The notes: generated from the sequence alone by a model not told the origin. DNA of 63,386 nt, filler included, from Reticulomyxa filosa (GCA_000512085.1; 21 parts of 21 records of this genome joined end to end with filler, not necessarily neighbours in it), one strand, 5' to 3'; counted from the whole stretch's first letter, positions 1 to 12,552 are shown. Numbers and translations are program-made.

Positions 1-60
1 CAACTCGGTGAAATTAAACAAAACCACGGTAAAATATAGCAAAGAACAATCCCATGCCTT

Positions 61-1186
61 GTGTGTGCTTGCAATGGACGGATGACATTCACGATATTTT
101 GGAAGGGCAAATGCGTGTTGGAAGTGGAAATGAAGTCGGTGTACGAAAAAAAAAAAAAAAGCAATGAAATCGACGAAAAGAAATCCAATGATATTGAGAA
201 TACCAATGCCAGCAGCAGCAGTAGCATTAGTATTGGCAGTGCTAGTGTTAGTGTTAGTGCGATTACCGCTGCAGTGACTGGCTGGGCCAAGGTTGCGGAT
301 ATCCTCTGTCACGAAAACAAAAGCAATACCGCGGTCATCAAACACGACTCGTTTCGGATTTCCGATCAATACCTATTTCGAATGCGCGGGTGCTTCACGA
401 ATCGTATCTCATTCACGCCCTACAGTAATGTACAGTTGGTCACTATTACACGCCCAGGTTTTGAATGATTTTTCCCATTTCTTTGTATTACTTTAGTTGC
501 AATATTATTCATTTGTGATCATTGTTTTGTTTTGTTTTGTTTGGATTTGGTGATACAATAAAAGGCATATTTGATTCCGCCATCTTATCCTTTCAAGAAG
601 AAGTCATATTGCAATCTCTTTTGCCAAAAGAGGCCAACAACAAGATTCGATTGCTATTTCGAGCTTCGCGTGATGGGTTCAGTGTATACGACTTTCATAA
701 CAAATGTGACAATAAAGGCGCCACTGTGACGGTTGTTCAGTCCAATGTCCACAACCATGTCTTTGGAGGATTTACAAATCTGTCCTGGACTTCCAGCAAT
801 GCGGGATACACCAAAGAAAACAACTCCTTCATCTTTTTACTTCGCTCTTCAAAGTCCAATCAACAGCCTCAAAAGTGGGGCATCAAACCAGGGCATGAAC
901 AACATGCTATCTATGATTACAGTGGCTATGGTCCAACATTTGGTTTGTTTTCTTCTCTTTCATTTGTGATCATGTCTAATAAATAAACGCTAATACTATT
1001 TTATCTTATTTTATTTTATTTTGTTCTTTGTCAGGTCATGATTTCTCCATCTGTGACAGCTGCAACGCAGATGACAGTAGCTTTGCCAATGCTGGCCAAG
1101 ATTACAATTGTCCCGCAGACAAAACCTTATTGGCTGGTGCTTACCACTTCACTGTCAAAGATTATGAAGTATTCAAAGTACGCTAG
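61..1186 (+). CDS. TLDc-domain protein, 5' partial, possibly preceded by an FN3-like segment
   Basis: TLDc motifs LLFRASRDGF..FHNKCDNKGATVTVV..VFGGFT..W and YGPTFG. GT-AG introns 458-564 and 943-1034 give a contiguous frame ending LAGAYHFTVKDYEVFKVR-TAG at 1186. Confidence 0.9.
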
Positions 1187-1746
1187 TTTGCATCTTTTCA
1201 TTCTTGTTTCAGCTCGTATATGATTAATTTTTCCTCCTTAAGTTTTTCACTTCCACCCATTAGAAGACTTACTTGAACACAGCAGATAATAAAAATAATC
1301 TTATTTTTGTGTTACACTTATTTTTAATTTTGACTTTTATGATTAAATCCTTGTTTAAATGGTCTTCTAACCCTTTCCAGAATTTCGGCTTACGCCTTAC
1401 ATAATCGAGAAATCACATGTAAAATACACTTTGTGTCTACATCACGGTCGGTCCATTTGTTGAAATTTTTGCATATTATGTGGTGCTTCATTTTTTTAAT
1501 AATATTAATCTTTTCCCACTTTTAAAAAAAATTTACCACATTGAATATATTGAAATTACAGAACCAATATCTATTGATGGTTCCATCTTCTAAAAATATA
1601 CAATACATGATTTTTTGGTATTTGTTTGACTACAGGAAAACCTACTTCAAAAAAAGTGTTTGTATGTTCTCTATAAAAAAGAATCTTTTAGCCCCCTCAT
1701 CCTTGTCCACTATTATTTTTGGAATATTGACAAAGCTAAAAGTAAA

Positions 1747-2884
1747 ATGACACAATTTCAAGTACCGCCGGATCCCTATTTGGTGACAAATCTTAGCAGA
1801 AAATTGCGCAATTCGTTTTATTTGAGTGCGTTGGAAGTTTCCGAGATCGATCACTACTTAGAAATTCAGTGGATGTATTCGTTGTTGCTGGAGGAATCGA
1901 TGCACGTAAAAGTGAAGCGAGACGAAGACATGGAGTCGCGTTTCCGTCGGATATCAGATATGTTGAATCACTTTCAAAAGCTGCTTCCGGACGCAGTTGC
2001 AAACATGCAAGTGAACGATATAGCGAAAGTGAGTTATCGCAAGCAAATGGACCCTTTACAAAGAGCACGTCAAAGACATTGGTATCTAATAAACTCGAGA
2101 GTCGCCCGAGTGTGTGAAACCATGCTAGTTAGTCTATCGTGTGTCCGTCCTAAACAGAAGTTGTCACAAACGCATATATACATATATACATATATGTATG
2201 TATATGTATACATATGATTGATGCGAAAGTCCGCATTTGAAATAATTGTGTAAAAAAAAAAATAAAAAAAAATGAAAACATTGAAACAAGAATATACCAG
2301 GATTGAGGTTTTTCTATGGACAACTTCCATTGGAGCAATACGCGGAGCCGCTACAGCACATCCAATATACGTTAGAGTACCTGTTGTACCATGAGAAGAG
2401 ACAAAATGCGGTTCGAAGGACGCTTTTGAAGGAAATGAAGGCCAAGCAGAAACTCGAGCACGAAGCGCTTGAAAGCGAAGGGAAAAAAAGCAAAGATGGA
2501 CCGAACACATCAAACGCAGGCAAAGACAAGCTGGGCGTCGATGGAAATGCAATCAATCCAATAAAGAGTCTGGGCGATGGCAAAACCAGGGATGACAACG
2601 GACACGAAGGTGACGAGGACGAGGCTGCCATCGAAAATGAATCGTGGAGCTTATATGATATGAGCAAAAGGCTATACAGACTATTGGTAAAAAACTTCCC
2701 TCATTACAACTATCAAGATATGGTATTGTGTGTGTCGTGTGATACTAAGTATCACGCCACCAGTGGCAAGGGCTTCTTTACTTATCAATTTGTCAGTCCC
2801 GAACCACGCAGCGATGGCAATGCTGATGTCATTTTTATCACTTTCATTTTGGCACATCCACCAACGGCTCGCAAAAATTGGTAA
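1747..2884 (+). CDS. Hypothetical protein, two exons
   Basis: ATG at 1747. Phase-0 intron 2128-2290 joins ..CETML to NIPGLRFFYG.. in the frame of ORF 2303-2884. No family recognised. Confidence 0.6.
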
Positions 2885-3979
2885 TTTTTTTAAAAATTCA
2901 TCTCTCAATTTCAAAGTGCGACTCTTAACTCTTTTTTTTTAGTGTACTATTCCTTCCATCTTTCCTCTGCAATGCAAAGTTTAATGTGCAATTTTCATCT
3001 TTTTCTTGCTATGAACTGACAATTGTAACCTTTGAAGGTTCAAATAAAGTTTTCTCAAAAACCAAATGTGGCAAATTGTGATGAGATATCAAATGATTTC
3101 TGGGCAAAGCAATAATTTTTTTTTTTAAAGTACAGTCTTTTGTCTTATACGGCAACCAATTTTTTTTTTTAACATTTCTTCATCATTTTTCACAGATAGC
3201 AGAGAGTATAAAGAGGGCAGAGAGAGAGTGCAGAGCATAGAAAGACCGCAAACACAAAAAGTCAACACACTTCAAACAACAAAGAAGGAAGAGAGAAAGG
3301 GACCTATTCTTAAAAAAAAAGTACTGTGCAGCAATAACAAAAATCAATAACTAATTTTGGAAAAAAAAGAAAAATGTCAAACAAAAATGGTATGATTTAT
3401 GCAAGTTTTATCTATGTTTTTTTGACAAACTCTATCTTTTACAAACGGATAACAAAGGCCGGATCAAGAAAAGGCCATACTTCAAGAATTTCGTCGCAAT
3501 AACGAAAGATGAACACGATGATACTGAATTTTCGGGAATGCTTAGATCAATGAAATTTGAATTAGCAGAGACACGGCGGGAACAACCAAGAGAAGAACAC
3601 TTATTGGAACAACAGCAACAGCAACAATCACTATTGAAGCACAATCGCCATTGAAGGCATATCGCCATCGCAGGCACAAGGCACAATCGCCATTGAAGGC
3701 ACAATCGCCATCGCCACTAGCACCACCACAGCTGCGGCCCCAACAAGTGCCAAGCCCACAACAACAGCAACAGACATGGCAAGAGCAAAAGCCGAAGCTG
3801 AAGCTAATGACGGTGAAGATGGTTGCGTTGTTGATAGAAGAAAGTTGGAAGAATAGATTGAAAATGTGAATAAAGAAGAAGAAAAAAAGGAAATTTATTG
3901 GGATTATGAAATCCCACAAGCAATATGTTAAAATATATATATATTTTTTTTTTAAATAAAATATTTGTTTGATTATGTA

Positions 3980-4079
3980 NNNNNNNNNNNNNNNNNNNNN
4001 NNNNNNNNNNNNNNNNNNNNNNNTTAATTAATTAANNNNNNNNNNNNNNNNNNNNNNNNNNNNNNNNNNNNNNNNNNNN
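3980..4079. other. Artificial contig linker N44-TTAATTAATTAA-N44 (first of 20)
   Basis: Identical 100-nt linkers also start at 9830, 11823, 13968, 19544, 20699, 21904, 23178, 24961, 26547, 30401, 33841, 35543, 43510, 46668, 48337, 51997, 55190, 58023 and 62143. TTAATTAATTAA gives stops in all six frames. Adjacency across linkers has no biological meaning. Confidence 0.98.
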
Positions 4080-4120
4080 ACTTTTTTTTTAAAATTTAAA
4101 AAAAAAAAAAAAAGTGGCAG

Positions 4121-5140
4121 GTGCACACAACAAAAAGCATTCGTTCAATCGTCAGAAAGTCTATCATCCTCGAGATATTCCTCCAAATGGTATGATAGGT
4201 TCTTGTTTTTGTTTTTTTGTTTTTTTTTCCCTCCCTGTTATGACTTTCAAAAACAGTATAACGTTTGATCAAACAAATGTCATATAAAAAGTGGATCCCA
4301 GCTATTATCAATCATCTTATGATTCTTTTCCCCAATCAATGCCAGCAGTTCGACTTTTTTTTGACAAAAAAAAAAAAAATATATATATATATATGTATGT
4401 ATACACACGTACATATTATATTGTGCTGTGGGATGTGAATAAAGTATTACTCAGGCCAAACAATGAACTCGGGTGTAACACCAGCGGTGACTACGACACA
4501 GCCAAGTGGCGTGAGCGTGATACCAATGGCACATAGTGCTCATCCTTATTCCGTTCAGGCTCACAACATTGTTGTGCGTAGCCTGCCAGAACACTACAAT
4601 GTAGATCATTTAATCAAACTGTTTGCGCCTTATGGACCCATTCAATCTGTCAATATCCAAAAGCCGGACCGCAACACTGCTGGAAAAGTAGGCCATGCCT
4701 CTTATGGAGTCGTTTCTTATTTCTTTCCAGAAGATGCCAAAAATGTTTCGTGCAATGCAACAGCATCCACTTTTTTTTTTTTTATATACACGCATACATT
4801 CATTACATCCATTATGCATTTATGTACATATAACTCAAGTGCAAACATTTTGACAAATTTTTTTTGTGTTTGTTTTGCATAGGCAATAGAACAAACACAT
4901 GGCAAGCAAGAGGGTAATTCTTGTTTGCATGTTTCCTGGCAGTAATCATCTCTCTTGTGTCGCTAGGTTTTTGTTTTTTTTTTTTTTAATTCGTTGGCTG
5001 GTTTTCGTGTTTTTCCAAAAATTAAAAATTTTTTGTAATTGTATCAATTCCCTTTACTTTTTATTGTTTTTGTTTTTTTTAATTTTTTGGTTGTGTTTTG
5101 TTGGTTAAAAGGATTTTTAAAAATCAACAGAATCAACTAA
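4121..5140 (+). CDS. RRM RNA-binding protein, 5' partial
   Basis: RNP2-like NIVVRSLP, LIKLFAPYGPI and RNP1-like SYGVVSY. Introns 4190-4291, 4348-4444, 4745-4882 and 4914-5111 give ..EDAKNAIEQTHGKQEGFLKINRIN-stop. Confidence 0.8.
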
Positions 5141-6235
5141 AGTTCAAAAAACAACCTTATGTTTTGAGAGTGAAATTGGTTTAGTACTACATATAAAATA
5201 TACTTCAGATTCTAAGAAACTTTTTTTATATCTCTGCTTCTTTTTTTCTTTTCTCTGTCCCTTTTTTTTAATAATTTTTTCCCCTTGTTTTGACACTTGT
5301 TATACTGTTATTCTTTCTCTTTCTTGCGCCCTCCCAAATGCAAGAGGTTGCACACATATCATTACCTTTGATTGATTTTGTTTTTAAGTGTGTCTCAACG
5401 AGGGACAGTAGAGAATTAACGATTTTACTTGAAGAGATAACACTTTTTTAGTTTTGTTGTGATCAGTGGTGAAGTCGGGTTTTTTTGAAGTTAGACACGG
5501 TTCAAATAAAACGAACCTTTGGATCAAAAAAACTTTTTGGTTACACGACAAGCTTACAAATGTTTGTGCTTGGTTTTGGTTTTTTATGTTTGCTTTTTTT
5601 TTGTTGTTGCTTTTTTTAATAATGTTTTAATCTCACTCAAGAACATATGAGTGATTTTCCAAGCCTCGTCTAAATTTATTTTGTGGCACATTGCGAAATG
5701 TGCACTGAGATTTAAAAAAAAACTTTGTCTGTCTCTGATTTAGTTCTGGAAATCTTTTGTCCTAGGCGGTGTCACTAAGCGGGGGGAGGAAAAAATGCAT
5801 ATGAGCAAGAGATTTATAGTAAAAAAAAAATTTACACACAAAAAGTGTATGTTCCAAGAGAAAAAATTTTAAATTTGATTGCGGTGGGAATGCATCGTAT
5901 GCCCAAAACGATAAGTTTCTTCAGGGCATTGATCAATAAAAGCTAAAGAAAACACTCAATCGAACAAAACAAAACGAAACAACTGGAAGTACTTGAACAG
6001 ACGGTCCAAAATATGTCAGTTTGTCAGGTACTGTACAATAAGTTCACCGATATCTCGAACCCATTTCGACGGTTTCCCTCCACTGTGTTTCCACCAATAT
6101 TCAATCATTTGTTGGATATCTCTTTCACTCTATTTTTTTGTTGTTGCGTTTCACTCATATCTATTGAAATTGTTTTGAGGAGAAAAAAAAAAAAAAAAAA
6201 AAAAGATTGGAAAATTGGAGGGAAAAAAAAAGTTC

Positions 6236-7261
6236 CTAAACGAGTACAATCAAGGCAAAATGAGAGTCATGAGACTGCAAATTGCCAACTCCGCCAATGA
6301 CATGCAGTGAGAAAAGGTTATAATTGGCAACGACAGCGCAATCGGCAAGATTGCGAGGCATGGGCAGTGGACACTTGGACCAGTAGTACTCATCGGTGTT
6401 GTAGACACAAATCTGGTTGGTGAGTTTGTAAGATTCGTTCGAGTACCCACCAACAACAAAGATTTGATTGTGGAAACGGCAGCAAGAAAAGCGATGGTGT
6501 CTTCGCAAGAAAAAACACTCAGGGAGAGTATTGTAAGAAAAGCGCTTACTTTTTTCATTGAATTGGATCAACCAATTTTTTTTCTCGTTTACAATGACAA
6601 ATTGCTTTTTTTGATTGTTCAACGGCACTACTGAGTGATCATCAAACTCGAGATAGTTCCATTTGATCAAGGGTTCCTCGATATGACTTTCCAAGTACGT
6701 AAATGATCGTAGGTCCACCACGTCAATGGTATGTGGCTTCCTTGTGATAAATAGAAACTCATTATTCGAGCCACTCACCACTGCCCCGACATATCTCGAT
6801 TCAACGTATCCTTTGTTCAGATCTAATCTGTTGGGAAGTGGTATCCACTTGTTTATTTTTGCTTTCACTTGACTTTGACTTTCATTTTCATTTGCATTTT
6901 GGATTGGTGGAGATAGCTCCTCCCACACACTTTGATAACGCATCATTAAATTATGGCTCGTTGTAAAGCTGCCACCAAATGAAATTATTGTTACCGTGTT
7001 CGTGTCCGTGTGTGATGTATACGATACCACTTTGTGTCCAAACAGTCTTATCTCGCTTGGATAACTGCAAATTCGCTTGTACTCTTGTTTCACTATATGG
7101 TACGAGTAGCAGTCGTTGTTGTACCGACCCCCACATATCAGGATTTCATCACGGAATGACACGCATTGGAGGGTATCCATGGTGATTGGCAACGAAGGCA
7201 AGCTTTGAAAATTAATGAAAATATTGGAGGGGAGGTCATTTGAGGGGCCTTCTTTTAACAT
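6236..7261 (-). CDS. Kelch-type beta-propeller protein
   Basis: Repeated Kelch signatures ILICGG..CYSY, IISFGG..W, IFVVGG..VYN..W and LHVIGG. Confidence 0.8.
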   Translation of the reverse strand: MLKEGPSNDLPSNIFINFQSLPSLPITMDTLQCVSFRDEILICGGRYNNDCYSYHIVKQEYKRICSYPSEIRLFGHKVVSYTSHTDTNTVTIISFGGSFTTSHNLMMRYQSVWEELSPPIQNANENESQSQVKAKINKWIPLPNRLDLNKGYVESRYVGAVVSGSNNEFLFITRKPHTIDVVDLRSFTYLESHIEEPLIKWNYLEFDDHSVVPLNNQKKQFVIVNEKKNWLIQFNEKSKRFSYNTLPECFFLRRHHRFSCCRFHNQIFVVGGYSNESYKLTNQICVYNTDEYYWSKCPLPMPRNLADCAVVANYNLFSLHVIGGVGNLQSHDSHFALIVLV

Positions 7262-7468
7262 TTGGAGGGGCTGTTAAAACACAGAGAAAGAATTTTTTTT
7301 GGCAGTACCAAAAAAAAAAAAAACAATGACTTTCTCGCTCTCCTCTTTTTCAAAAGAAATCAAATGAAATTTTGTTGTTTCTTTGCTTCTTCTTTTCTTT
7401 ACAACAGTTCTAAAGCTTACAAAGTTATATCATATCGAAGAAAAGACGGCTTGCCTTTGCTTTAGATA

Positions 7469-8311
7469 TTACAATAAAAGACACCCAGCGCAAGTCTGAG
7501 TTTGCGAAGACAAATCGGTGGACTTGGGATCGATATCAACATATTGTATAGGCACTTGGGACACAGAAAATTTGTCCAATGGCCTACGAACCTGAGGGGC
7601 CATGTGCAAGTACATGCTCCATACTTTGGAGATGCAAAAGCCGAGATTGACAGGGTCGTCATCATTCAACAAGCAGTTAAGACCATGACCATCGTCAACA
7701 AAAATTTTGTCAACGTTTGCATATTTGTCAATCAGTTCTTGGTTGTGTGCAACCAAATCATTCACAACTTTCACTGGCACTGCCACATCTTTGGTTCCAC
7801 TCACTACCAAAAACGGAGCCTCACTTGAAAATGCAAAATTGTCAATGGACCTTACGACTGCCGGACAGCACAACACACTTGGTCCACACCATATCTCTAA
7901 AGAAAGATTTTTTTTTTTTTTTGTATTATACGTGTATATTTTCAAATGAGGGATATTCTTTTTTTTTTTAAAAAAAAAAATACTTCGGTGCAGCAGCTGC
8001 AGAAGAGTAGGACCTCCTTGCGATTTACACACAATTACGTGGGGCTGGAATGCCACAATGGCGTGGATTTGTGTACGCACACATTTCTCAAACTCACTTG
8101 TATTGGTCATTACTTCGCAATGAAAGTTTTTATAGTGCTCCCGCAAGTATTGCGCAAATGGCTGTTTTGACAAGTCTCGATTGACACCCCAGCCTCCGCC
8201 ATGGATAAATAAAATCCGCAAGTCTTCTGGTCTTGGCAAGTGTTCATTGTGTTGCAACAAATATGGATCTTCTTCTGAAGATTTTTCATTTTCCTCAGTT
8301 GAAATATCCAT
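7469..8311 (-). CDS. Alpha/beta-hydrolase fold protein with C-terminal CaaX box
   Basis: LFIHGGG oxyanion loop, nucleophile elbow CKSQGG, acid GTKDVAVP and His DDGHGL. An 87-nt in-frame intron at 7897-7983 is translated in the ORF track as FFFKKKK... The protein ends CAGCLLL. Confidence 0.8.
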   Translation of the reverse strand: MDISTEENEKSSEEDPYLLQHNEHLPRPEDLRILFIHGGGWGVNRDLSKQPFAQYLREHYKNFHCEVMTNTSEFEKCVRTQIHAIVAFQPHVIVCKSQGGPTLLQLLHRSIFFFKKKKNIPHLKIYTYNTKKKKNLSLEIWCGPSVLCCPAVVRSIDNFAFSSEAPFLVVSGTKDVAVPVKVVNDLVAHNQELIDKYANVDKIFVDDGHGLNCLLNDDDPVNLGFCISKVWSMYLHMAPQVRRPLDKFSVSQVPIQYVDIDPKSTDLSSQTQTCAGCLLL

Positions 8312-8531
8312 AACTTGGAGTTTATTATTGGAAAGGATTTTTTTTCTTTTGTGTTGTTTTTCACGGACTTTAAGAATAGTGAAGCTCCTTGTGTCTGTTA
8401 ACGCTTATCCAACTTATCTTTTTTACAGATTTTCTCTCTAAAAAAGCAGTTTTCCATTGAAAAAAACAATTATCGTTTTTACGTCAGCGAGGACGGGCGA
8501 AAATTTAAAAAAAAACCAGGATTCTTCAAAA

Positions 8532-9709
8532 ATGATAATTATTTCATTTATTAGTAAGCTCCTGTTGTTGATAATTGTTTTAAGGTGTGTAATGGGCGTT
8601 TTGATTGCTTTGAGAGTAACATGTGTGATTCTGTTGGTTTGTTACAGGCTACCATTTTGGTTGATTGACGTACTGCTGCTCCACTTCTTTCGGTCCCTCA
8701 TAAAGAAATGGAATCTGGTAGAACGTCAGCAACAGAGCAAGTTATATTTATGTTATGAAACGCTATATCCAAAAAAAAAGATTAGAATGAGAGAGATAGA
8801 TAGATAGAGTAGGAAATAACTTCAGATAATTTTTTATTTATTATTTAAAAAAAAAGGACCTGTGTGATGGAAATAACATATCCGAACATTCGAATTGAAT
8901 ACGTACAAAACCCATACGTGAATGTGTCACTAACAATCCCACAGCTGACCTGGCAAAGCAGACTGCAAAAGCGTATTCATACAATAGTCGTCCATGTATT
9001 CCTATACCATCTGGTGTTCACTATTGTGACGCCACTGTGCCAATGGGGTGGTCGACAAGTGCAAAAGTGTTGGGTGGGAGTGATCGAGAGATGGAGTCGT
9101 GTTGGACGACAGACACAAAATGAGAGTCTGCGATCGAAAGTGAGATTAATGTCCCTCCAATGGACGTGGAGTATATTCGTGAAGTGCTTTGTGCCCAAAG
9201 CAAATGGATGGATCCAAGTAACCTTACTCCCACACTTGCGTTTGAAAGTGGAGTTGGACAAGGAGGACGTCTCCTTGCAGGTGTCCTTGCACAATCTTTG
9301 CGTGAAGTGCAAGCCGACGCAGTTGGTTTTGGAGTGCGAGCAGCTGCAATGTACTTTGGTGACATCCAGATTGCAACAAAAAAAGATGACAACGACAAGA
9401 ACAGATATATTGACATATAATGGACTGTACTTTGGATTGGAACTGGACTATCCTTGCACCACGCCGAGCTCGATTCGTCCATGGATCACCGCCGTCGCGA
9501 TAGCAATTGAGTCCATGACTCACACACTACATTTCGACACATGCGTTTGGTGGTGGAAACGCCTATCAACAGTGCTCGAGACCGACCCTACCGGTTCCGT
9601 GGTCATGTCCTCCCCCCCTCTTCCTCCTCTTCCTCCTCTCATCACGTTCGAACCCCTCTACTGGAACAAGACACTCCTTTTTCAATGTCTTCGCTATCTT
9701 CAAACCCAT
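8532..9709 (+). CDS. N-terminally membrane-anchored protein, 3' partial (possibly a bridge-like lipid-transfer N-terminus)
   Basis: Hydrophobic N-terminus followed by a beta-strand-rich exon (8864-9709). The family assignment is a weak guess. Confidence 0.3.
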
Positions 9710-9929
9710 GTTAGTTTGTATGTGTGTGTGTAAATAAATGAAGAAAAAGTAATAAATAATAAATAATAAATATATATACTTATGTATATATATTTATTAT
9801 TTATTATTTATTATTTATTATTTATTATTNNNNNNNNNNNNNNNNNNNNNNNNNNNNNNNNNNNNNNNNNNNNTTAATTAATTAANNNNNNNNNNNNNNN
9901 NNNNNNNNNNNNNNNNNNNNNNNNNNNNN

Positions 9930-9930
9930 T

Positions 9931-9966
<36 letters not shown>

Positions 9967-10138
9967 GTATACAAATGTAAACTCAACTTCGACCACATTC
10001 GCATCGATTTCAATTCTACCAAAGAATTGACTAAAATCTTGAAATTGTTGACTGAACTTGGGATCTAAATGAATCATTCGTGCTTCGAACTCGTGAGCAG
10101 GCAGCTCTTGATTGAGATGCCCCTCGTTGTCGTTATTT

Positions 10139-10175
<37 letters not shown>

Positions 10176-11782
10176 CGTGCGACGTAGACACCTTAGTGTT
10201 GAGAAGAACGCGGAGCTGTTCCAAGCTGCTGATTTCGTAGACGTGCTTGGAGCTTTCCACGGAAAGCAGGAAGGGCCAATTGATGTTAGTGTCCTTGTGA
10301 TGGGCATGGAGCAAATTCCATGGGACCGTTGGAACAGCAGTGGTGGTCCCTTGTTCCGAGTGTGGAGTTGGAGGAAGCGAGGGATGGGTGGAGTCTTCGC
10401 AAAGGCTTTGTTGAGAGCCCGACCCTAATCCCAGTGTTAATTGTGGTGGTGACGTTGGATGTACGACAATAAGTTCGCCTTTTTTTCGTTTGATATCTTG
10501 TTGCACGTGGACGTGATGATAGGCCCTTTTTTGGGAGACAAGCATGTCCACGTCATCGAACTCGGACTGCAAGCAGGTTTTGATGAACAGGTCGGAATCG
10601 GTGAAGAGTGTACAGTCATCTCGCAGGGCGGCCATAAGGTCTTCCAAGCGTTGGGACTTGAGAATCGACGATTGACGCAATTGCAAAATCGACAAGGCTG
10701 CTTTGAACATGATGACAGGACCTTCGGCAAACATCACATCCCAAATACGCAATGCGGTTTCATACGGCAATATCGTAACGAACAAACACAAAAACCAATC
10801 CACGGTGACTGCCGACAGACTGAACTGCAAAGAACACAAATGCTGATGGATCAGAGGCAACTTCTTTTCAATCAAATCAAAAAATACACACTCGTCAATG
10901 GACACACCGGCCAATTCCGACTCGTGATAAAAAATATCATCCACACAACAATAGTCTTCCACCAATGTACAAAGCATCCAAAATGCGTCTTTCTCTTCCA
11001 TAAACAACAACAACATCGCGCCCAAAATATTCATCGATTGACAATATCCCACACGCGGATTTCTTATACTGTAGGCTATCAATACATTGCGCAATATGTC
11101 AATCGTCTGCTCGTTCCGTTGCTTCTCCTCAAACGGGAACGTTCGCTTCAAATCCTTCTCCATTGTTGAGTCGTTGCTCTCTTTTCGAGACATTTCCAAT
11201 TGCTTTTCATAATAGTCTTCTCCTGCTTCATTCATTCGCTTTTGGCAATTTGATATACGAAGCCATACCTTTTCACATATACAAACATATATATACATAC
11301 ATATATGTACATGTATAATTTAATGTAAGGTATACATATATGTTCCAAGTTGGCTCTTTTTTTTTTTTTTTTTTTGGAAAAAAAAAAAAACTCTTAACAA
11401 AACCCCTGAGAGATGGAGGAATCCCTTTTCGAATCATTTCTTTCAACTCCACTTGGTTGATGTTCATATCGGTGTGATGTGCAAAGTACTTCTTCCACTC
11501 TTGATCTTTTTTCGCCCGCAGTATTGAAAACAGAGACGACGAACTTTCTTTTCTTTTCTTGTCCATTCATTTGTTTATGTGCACACATATTTTTTGTATA
11601 TGTACATATACATATATACTTTCCCTTTGTATTAGTTTAAAGGCAGAAGCTGAAAGAACGCGCTTACCAACTCCGTATTTTTCATTTGGCTATGCTGTCC
11701 CAAGCAAACGGGAAGCATCTGTTTAAATGTCAATCCGTCTTCATTCAACTCGTCTTCATTCCTATCCTCAAATCCCAGTCCA

Positions 11783-11785
<3 letters not shown>
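9930..11785 (-). CDS. TBC-domain Rab GTPase-activating protein, partial
   Basis: KGIPPSLRG, KDLKRTFP (Arg finger), VGYCQSMN (Gln finger), WFLCLF and LRIWDVMFAEG. Interrupted by TA/T-rich introns. Confidence 0.93.
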
Positions 11786-11822
<37 letters not shown>

Positions 11823-12433
11823 NNNNNNNNNNNNNNNNNNNNNNNNNNNNNNNNNNNNNNNNNNNNTTAATTAATTAANNNNNNNNNNNNNNNNNNNNNN
11901 NNNNNNNNNNNNNNNNNNNNNNTTTGATTACATGAAAAAATACTTTGGGCCTTAAACAATTAATATGTGGGACTCAATACTTTGAGAGCAAATATGTTCC
12001 AGTTTTTGCAAAAGAGAGTTGATCAAATCTCCATTGAATCATTGACATCAAAGCGTTCCAATGATTCAAATGTTTTAAAGATCGACAACGTTTCATATTT
12101 GATTACACATTCTGCCAATTCCCTAATCTGTTTACTTAGACTCGAAGACCAATCTTTCGTTGTCAGTCTCGACATAATCACTTTCACGTGTTGCAAGAAG
12201 ATAACACCACTGTCACCATGAATTATCGACAAACTTTCACTTCGTATACTGCAACTTGGATCAAAATTTGTCAAACTCTTAACACTTCAAAGAAAACTTC
12301 TTCACAAAAGGTCTTTTGTTTGACCTTTTTTTTTGCTGGAAAAACTTCAACAACTATAAATAATATTTTCAAATACACACCAAAAAAAGTTTGTTATCAT
12401 ATGGTAAACTTATCCGAAAATTAAAAATATATA

Positions 12434-12552
12434 GTAGTTCAGAGTTTCCGAACTACGCAGTTGCATCTTTGGGGTTGCAGTGTGACTATAGCCTCAGCTG
12501 CCATTGCCCACCATTTGGGGATGAGTGCTCGTAGCGACCGCACCGTAAACTA
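12434..12552 (-). ncRNA. Candidate structured RNA of unknown class
   Basis: Balanced-GC island in an AT-rich intergenic region with several adjacent hairpins. Some stems close with G.U pairs only on the minus strand. Confidence 0.3.

Noticed and set aside
4024-4035. Recurring TTAATTAATTAA as a biological repeat or CRISPR-like array
   Set aside because: It is always centred in N44 pads, so it is an artificial linker.
11923-12274. Minus-strand ORF fragments with a TGA as a possible selenocysteine codon
   Set aside because: The frame closes again shortly after, there is no redox motif and no downstream SECIS is visible. It looks like frameshifted debris.
12520-12551. Hammerhead-like GATGA-stem-GTAAAC on plus, and HDV-like TCC loop/GG on minus
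   Set aside because: The core is not CUGANGA/GAAA, and the HDV P1 and P2 pairing partners are absent.
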